Shown here in pieces: positions 57,701 through 64,000 of a DNA stretch of 64,000 nt. The notes under the pieces were generated by a model. That model was not told where the DNA came from. It saw only the letters and a program-made list of their open reading frames with translations, and made no database searches. Source of the DNA: Antedon mediterranea (taxonomy: Eukaryota > Animalia > Echinodermata); assembly GCF_964355755.1 (NCBI RefSeq), contig NC_092677.1, positions 26,523,175 to 26,587,174 of the forward strand, written 5' to 3'. The position numbers and the translations under genes are program-made. Every line of letters starts with the position of its first letter. The stretch's first letter is position 1.

Positions 57701-60700
57701 AAAATAATCATGTAAAAGTACAATGGAACCTCTCCTTTGTTTTATAACTATGTCCAACCTCTATTGAAAGGACACCTCTATTCAGAGGACACCTCTACAA
57801 TATCCCCATTTTATAGCTAATTAAAGCTTTTTACCATCACTTCTGTGTACACTATTGTACATATTTATTTTTACAGGCTCATTAACTGAGTTCAAACTGT
57901 TAAGAGACTCCATTTAACATTACTATTTTCTACTCTCAACTTTGACCTTTAGATTGGAGAACGCGATAGCCTGTTGCAAAAGTTGGACAATGAGAATTCA
58001 AAACTCAAATCACGCAACCAAAGTCGCTCCTCTGAAGTAAGTTGACTTTTTATAATACAATCAATAATGCCAACTCTATTGACATCTTCAAGCAGTTGCT
58101 GAAAATCCATCTCTTTCGCAAAATGATGTAATTTCTACCTAGTTTGAGCCTTATGTTTGTAGTGCTTTAGACAAAAGACAATAATTATCATTATTAATAA
58201 TTATCATTATTAATAATTATCATTATTAATAATTATCATTATTAATAATTTGTTATATTAGTATAAAACATTAAATACATACATTATATTTGTACATTGT
58301 AATGTCATTGGTTTGGTTTTAGAATCAAAGACAATCTGAGATGCTAAAGAAACTGGAAGACTCCTTGACAAAGGCACAGATGGATATGCAAGAGATGAGA
58401 AGAAGAAATGAAGATGAGGTTAGTGTTATTTATTATCTCATCATGTACTAACTTATTAGGTTATATGCATTATCATGCAATATAACCTTATTTGTATTAT
58501 TATTTGTCTATTTTTGCCCAAAATATTGCCTGTACACCACTCAAATTTATAAGTCACAAAGTGCCTCGCTTGAATGAAATAAGTATGCTCTTAACTCTTT
58601 AAAAAATCCTGGCCCAATTTGTCAGGTTTTCGAATTTGGAAGTTTTAAGACATCAAGAAAAAATGTTATTTATTTTATTTTTATTGATTCGACTTCTCAC
58701 TAACTCAGTTAGTGAAGGATCTGGACCAACAGGTGGTAAACACCTCTAAAACGGTCCAGTCCCAATTTGCACAGTGGCTGTGTTGATTTTGGAAGAGCAG
58801 ACATGATGACTGGCTATATAATTTTTTTTATTAAACTACTGTTTTCTTTCTTACATGCTTCCAATAATGTTATTCGATTACTAACATTGTAAAAACATTT
58901 AATTCTATTTTGTTATGCCTTTTTGTGCTTGAAAATCTCACATCATCTCATATTATATCTCGCACTATATTATTCATTGTCTAATTGTCTCAATTTATCA
59001 TCTCATCTCGCAATCATTATCACATTAATTAATATCTCACTCCAACACATACCACATTAACGTGGCACATTTTGCATTTTTATCATCTTGGCAACTTAAC
59101 TTTACTCATCTAACATTCAATCTCATTAAATATTTTTACATGTAACTTTGTCAATTTTAATTTGAAATTCAGAAAAACAAAGTTCTGTTAAAACTAGCAA
59201 AACAACTTAACACGTCTAAAGAATTTGACAACAATCAGAGGCCTGTAAATAAGCAAATTGCACTCGCATCATATTTCTCAACGGAAGTTTAATAAAGCCG
59301 CTACTGTCGCAATGTTGAATGTTTAATCCCAAAACTGTCTATAAAATGAAAACTGTGCACTCCAATTGAATGAACACCATGTACAGTAGTACACATCCAC
59401 TAGTTGCTTTGGTACCAGCTAAACACTTGACTCATATGTATTACCTAATTCTCTATGATGTTATGCACTATATAAAGGAGGATAGACACATGTGTACAGT
59501 CTAGCACCGATTCTCTGTGATGCTATGAAATATATGAATGAGAACAGGCACCTATGTGCAGTGTAGCACCCAATTCTCAGTGATGTTATGAAATATAATA
59601 TAAAGAAGGATGTAGTAGCACAGTGATGTAAATAAGGGTAGAAAAAAAACTATGTATATGGTATGCCCATATGATGGTGAATATATCTGACACAAAGATG
59701 GTTGGTTAAATGTTTTATAATTTTCTGGCTGCATATTCTGTTACAACTTGTCTTCATGTATTTGTATGTTCCTATACATAGCACAAATAATTCACCACAA
59801 AAAGGGTTAAACTTAATTATTTTTTTCACATTGCAAACATTTCATTTTCAACTTTTTTTCACTATTATTTAGGTTTGAATTTTTAACTTGATGGTGTAAA
59901 AATACTTGTGTGTGGTTGTTGAAACAATAAAAAAAAGAAATAAACTTTAAAATTGTCAGTCTTTTTATTTTCATTTGTAGAGAAATGGTTTAAGCGAGAG
60001 TAATAATCAAACCTAAAAAACAAGATAATAAAATCCGGAAAATTTTTTTCAGGCTAGAGGAATCAACAATAATATTTATATTTATTAATTTGTAAATGCG
60101 GTTTATATTAATCAGTTTTTTTTTATAATTTTTTTTGTAGATTTCCCATAGGGACGATAGTATCGCCCAACTAAGAGAAGAATTAATGGAATCACAACAA
60201 CAATATACAGCTTGCTATGATGAGGTAATTCACCAGTTTTTTCAGCTCATAAACTTTTTTATAAAACTAGACTTGAAGCTCATGTGTTATTAAAACCTTG
60301 ATGGACATTTAGTAAAAAGAACAACATTCTCGTGGGAAAACATTTTTTTCCATTCAGTCATTTTTGGTTTGAGATTTGAGTGATTTTTAATATTTTTAGT
60401 TATTGAAACTTGAGGAAGTGATTGAAACTCTGAAAGTTGAAAATTCCAAGTTAAGTCAGTTATCAAGAGATTCCAGCGAACAAGGAAAACAACTGATAGA
60501 CAAGCTATCGGGCACTGAGTTAAACTTGGCAATCAGCCAAGAAAAGCACCGAACATGTCAGCATGAGGTGAGCCAACGTGATCAGGTGATCTTAAAGTTG
60601 TCAACAGAGTTAGACACAGCACAGCAACAATATCATGGCACAGTTGAAGAAGTAAGTATTTTACATTTTTTAATGTCTGTCTGCCCTATCAAACTTTATG

Positions 60701-63700
60701 TAACAAAAAATGTAACCCCATATATGGACATGATGATGTCATACAACTACCATATGTGGGTATATCACTACCATATTTGGGCACATCACACTTTTTTGAT
60801 AGTGTATACAGAGCTTTTGAGGAATGTCATATCACTACCATATTTGTGCACATCACTACCATATTTGTGCACATCACTACCATATTTGTGCACATCACTA
60901 CCATATTTGTGCACATCACTACCATATTTGTGCACATCACTACCATATTTGTGCACATCACTACCATATTTGTGCACATCACTACCATATTTGTGCAAAT
61001 CACTACCATATTTGTGCACATCACTACCATATTTGTGCACATCACTACCATATTTGTGCACATCACTACCATATTTGGGCACATCACTACCATATTTGTG
61101 CACATCACTACCATATTTGTGCACATCACTACCATATTTGGGCACATCACTACCATATTTGTGCACATCACTACCATATTTGGGCACATCACTACCATAT
61201 TTGTGCACATCACTACCATATTTAATGCATTTTATAGTATAGTGTATGAACATATCAACACAATGAATTGAATATTTTCAATTCTTTCAGTGTTCCAGTC
61301 AACAGCAACAGTTGTCGCATCTTCATATGAAATTAAGAGATTCTGAAAATGATCAAAAATTACTTCAAGAGTTGGCAGATGAAAGGCATAAAAAGGTAAA
61401 TTAAAGTATTTCTTTTTTAAACAACATTTATATCCTCGTTTTTGCTTGGCATTTATTTATTCACTGAAGCTCTGTCTACACTATCAAACTAGTTTGACCA
61501 AAAAAAGTGATGTGCCAAATAAACTAGTGATATGCCCGAATATGGTAGTGATATGACATCATCATGTCCATATTTTGGCACATCACATTGTTTTTGTCAC
61601 ATAAAGTTTGATAGTGTAAACAGAGCTTAAGACTTTAATGTCTTTTTTATTTCTAGATATTATCCTGTGAAAGAACCATTTACCGTCTCCAAGAAGATCT
61701 GAAAGAGCATCAACATGAGAATCAGAATCTTGTCAGCAAGATCCAGGAGGTCGAAAGACATCTGGAGAGCGAGAAACAACTCCGAGCTGACGATGTTGAG
61801 CAATGCCGAAGCGAGATGGATGAGCTTCGCAGCCAACTGGTTGACGTCAATACTCAACTGGATGAGAAGGAAAGGGTGCAATTGAAGTTTAAAGATGAGA
61901 ATTGTGGATTAAAAGATGAAAGAGAAGAGTCGCAGCATTTGATTCATTTGTTGAGGCAACAGGTGAGATTCTCTTCTTCATTAAAATACTTTTTCCTCTT
62001 GAAAAATCTTGTCTAACTCTAAAGCTCTGACTACACTATCAAACCTTATGTGGAAAAAATGTGATGTGCCTATATATGGACACAATGATGTCATATCACT
62101 ACCATATTTAGGAATATTGCTACCATATTTGGGCACAGACAGAGCTTTTCAGTTGTGTGGTTTAGATCGATTGCATACCATCGGTCTATATTATTGAATA
62201 ATTATTATCTTTTACTACACGGAAACGGAATTAAATGGAGAAAATTCTGTGTATTGGAAGAAGTGACCAGTGGCCGTATTCACCATTCACTGATGTGAAG
62301 AGAAAAAGTATACATGAAACATTCAGTTTACACTGATCCTCCTTTGCATTACTTTAATTATTGACCTATTGTTTACATTGTTTCTATGTCAGGTTTCAGA
62401 CTCAAAGATTAACATCCAGCAGCAGGAAGATAGCCATGCTAGAGTAGTATCAAACGTTGATCACCTCAAAGAAGAGCTTAGAGCGAGCAAAACAGAGCTT
62501 CAGAAACAAACATCTGAGCATGCTCGATATAAGGATCGAGCGGATCAACTTGCGACTCAGTTGCAACGAGTGGAAGCTAACTCGACTAAGACGGTGAAAA
62601 ACCTTGAGGAGCAGGTGCTTACGATCTCTTCTAAGGTAAAGCCCTGTTCACACTTGCAGTTGGAGTCCCACACTTTAAAGCCTTGTTCACACAGGTCCTT
62701 CACCCCTCTGCATTTAGTGAGTGTTAATGCAGTAATTATGTGCGGTGTACATTACATGTTCAAAATGTTATTATATATTTTATATCTGGGCATATCACTA
62801 CCGTATTTAGGCACATCACACCTTTTTGTCAAATTAGTTTGATAGTGCAGACAGAGCTTTATGATTCAAATGTTCTTGTAGGTACATGGACGAGAGGAAG
62901 CCTTGCAGAGGTTGCAGCATGAGTACGCAAAAATGGAACATCAATTAGAAGAACAAACCGATAAGAACAACCAAGCCCAGCAATTGATAGCCTCCCTCAC
63001 AGATGAGATCAAACAGTATCATGAAGAGTTAGAAAGTAAAAGAGAAGACATTCTGGGTTTGGAGTCTACCGTAACTAACCTAAAGAGGGAGCTGTTGAAA
63101 AGACAACAAGAGGTAAGGAATACAGTAGTTTTTTTAAAGAGGTACTTTTTTGTCACATAGTCAAATAAATATAACAAACAATACTATTTGTATTTATATA
63201 TATATTATATTTATATAATTATGATATTATTTATTGTATTTAGGGAGAAGCTCAGGAAGATAAATTGAGGAAATTGGAAACAGATTTTGTGTCTTATCAA
63301 GACAGCCATCGCTGTACAAACCAAGAGGTAAAAGATAGTAGGCCTATTATCAATTTATTGTATGCACTGTCTATTTCAATGTCATGTGAAAGCAACAAGT
63401 AAGGCATTGAATCATAAACAGTGGCGGATCCAGGATTTTGAAATAGGGGGCCAAAGCCTAAAAGTAGTCAAATGAAGGGCTGAGCTTAATTTGATGTCCT
63501 ATCTTTTGCATTACAATTTGCATAATTTAGAGAGTGGCCAGCTGGGACCCCACTTGGATCCACCCCTGATAACCATTGTTTAGACATGGCACATAAAGCT
63601 CCTATAGTGGTTTGTAACCATGTGAAGATTTTTGACATGCTGCAGTCTAAGGGGAAAACAATTGTCAAAAATGATTTTCTAAATTGATTGAATACATAAA

Positions 63701-64000
63701 TACATAAAAATGAATAATATACAATTAATGTTTAGTTTTCACATGTTCTTTATATTCAATTTCAATAGGTTGATAGTCGTGATCGTGATATTGAGAATTT
63801 AAACACCGAAATCTATGCATACCAGGAACAGGCGTCGGCTCAAGAAGCTGAACTGAAGGAATTGCGAGTAAAATGTCAAGACTTTGAGCGAGCGTTAGCC
63901 TCTGTGAAGGAGCAACGTAATAGTGCCGCTAAAGAAGTTAAGAGGCTGGAGCAGAGTCTGCAACAAGTTCAGCAGAATGTGACATCATCAAAGCAGAAAT
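42800..64000 (+). CDS. Large coiled-coil protein, at least 31 coding exons, incomplete at the right edge (possibly PMFBP1/CCDC18-like; unconfirmed)
   Basis: Exons 42800-42955, 43533-43682, 44012-44095, 44791-44922, 45847-46047, 46609-46776, 47620-47703, 48665-48727, 49111-49194, 49964-50047, 50420-50494, 50879-50962, 51291-51353, 51557-51799, 54703-54849, 54942-55004, 55307-55465, 55870-56016, 56153-56407, 56822-56956, 57066-57149, 57593-57676, 57953-58036, 58323-58418, 60141-60224, 60400-60651, 61291-61395, 61657-61962, 62393-62614/62635, 62882-63112, 63244-63327 and 63769 onward splice GT-AG into one open, E/Q/K/L-rich heptad frame. Confidence 0.88.
45020..45330 (-). mobile_element. tRNA-derived CORE-type SINE; related fragments at about 14790-14860 and 55600-55720
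   Basis: The segment CATTATTACCCCGG...GCAGCTAGTAATCAGCGC is shared across three loci. ACACCTGGATGAAGAGAGGC is CORE-like, and a reverse tRNA-like head lies at 45275-45330. Confidence 0.55.
46183..46489. mobile_element. Kolobok-like MITE with TTAA duplication; related copies at about 45560-45800 and 43070-43441
   Basis: TTAA|AGATGTATTGTC...GACAATACATCT|TTAA, with internal sequence shared among three copies. Confidence 0.7.
47450..47469. mobile_element. 20-bp palindromic P-element-like remnant with a perfect 7-bp duplication
   Basis: CACAGAC|CATGGAGGTATACCTCCATG|CACAGAC; relatives at 15781-15812 and 48072-48093. Confidence 0.55.
51041..51202. mobile_element. Harbinger-like MITE family A copy with intact TIRs
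   Basis: TTA|AGCTCTGTCTACACTATCAAAC...GTTTGATAGTGTAGACAGAGCT|TTA. Confidence 0.85.
53337..53895. repeat. 42-bp minisatellite, about 13 nearly identical copies
   Basis: Unit GAAAACATAATACATGCCATAA(T/A)GTGTATTGTATGTTGAAAT. Confidence 0.95.
54066..54196. repeat. 21-bp unit of MITE family A expanded to about 6 copies inside the element
   Basis: (GATGTGCCCAAATATGGTAGT)n lies between intact MITE arms at 54036-54271. Confidence 0.9.
59173..59292 (+). CDS. Candidate alternative terminal exon of the coiled-coil gene (KNKVLLKLAKQLNTSKEFDNNQRPVNKQIALASYFSTEV*)
   Basis: ttcag acceptor, phase 0 like every other exon, 39 open codons, AATAAA overlapping the stop and again near 59926. Confidence 0.5.
   Translation, partial: KNKVLLKLAKQLNTSKEFDNNQRPVNKQIALASYFSTEV
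60830..61222. repeat. 21-bp minisatellite (CACTACCATATTTGTGCACAT, about 18 copies) derived from MITE family A
   Basis: Same unit as the MITE A interior; it follows a MITE A copy at 60675-60815 and ends in a degenerate TIR. Confidence 0.92.
63419..63568. mobile_element. Short CAG-terminal inverted-repeat element; a reverse-orientation relative lies at about 5070-5175
   Basis: CAGTGGCGGATCC...GGATCCACCCCTG termini. The segments GGATTTTGAAATAGGGG and TTAATTTGATGTCCTATCTTTTGC are shared with 5110-5175. Confidence 0.6.

Noticed and set aside
59981-60016. Second possible micro or terminal exon (RNGLSESNNQT*) after a tttgtag acceptor
   Set aside because: It is very short, the nearby GT would give a frame-breaking 19-nt exon, and there is no independent support.
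60756-61271. Overlapping His/Cys-rich ORFs (HHYHICA)n suggesting a metal-binding protein
   Set aside because: They are translations of the 21-bp MITE-derived repeat, open in five frames, and the flanking exons splice around it with good GT-AG sites.

Overview
AT-rich, intron-rich animal genomic DNA, probably an invertebrate deuterostome such as an echinoderm (inference); it is not prokaryotic. Hand-spliced genes, left to right: an unidentified minus-strand gene leaving the left edge, SDHD (-), a divergent SLC13 Na+/carboxylate-sulfate transporter (-), CYBA/p22phox (-) head-to-head with CDT1 (+), DPM1 (-) head-to-head with a C18orf21/RMP24-like Zn-binding gene (+), and a long coiled-coil gene (+, 42800 to beyond 64000). 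Introns carry many Harbinger-, Tc1/pogo- and Kolobok-like MITEs, SINE and LINE remnants, and minisatellites. Main observations: (1) the coiled-coil gene is built from phase-0 exons quantised in heptad units, with ten 84-nt exons and a recurrent module-start motif; (2) it has a candidate alternative last exon ending in a PDZ-binding motif (STEV*); (3) both CYBA and CDT1 contain a U12-type intron; (4) three different MITE families have each generated tandem arrays; (5) tiny P-element-like palindromic footprints carry 7-bp duplications; (6) the SLC13 copy has altered Na+/substrate motifs. All calls come from manual reading and recall of protein families, with no database searches. Most long ORFs in the supplied track are repeat artefacts.
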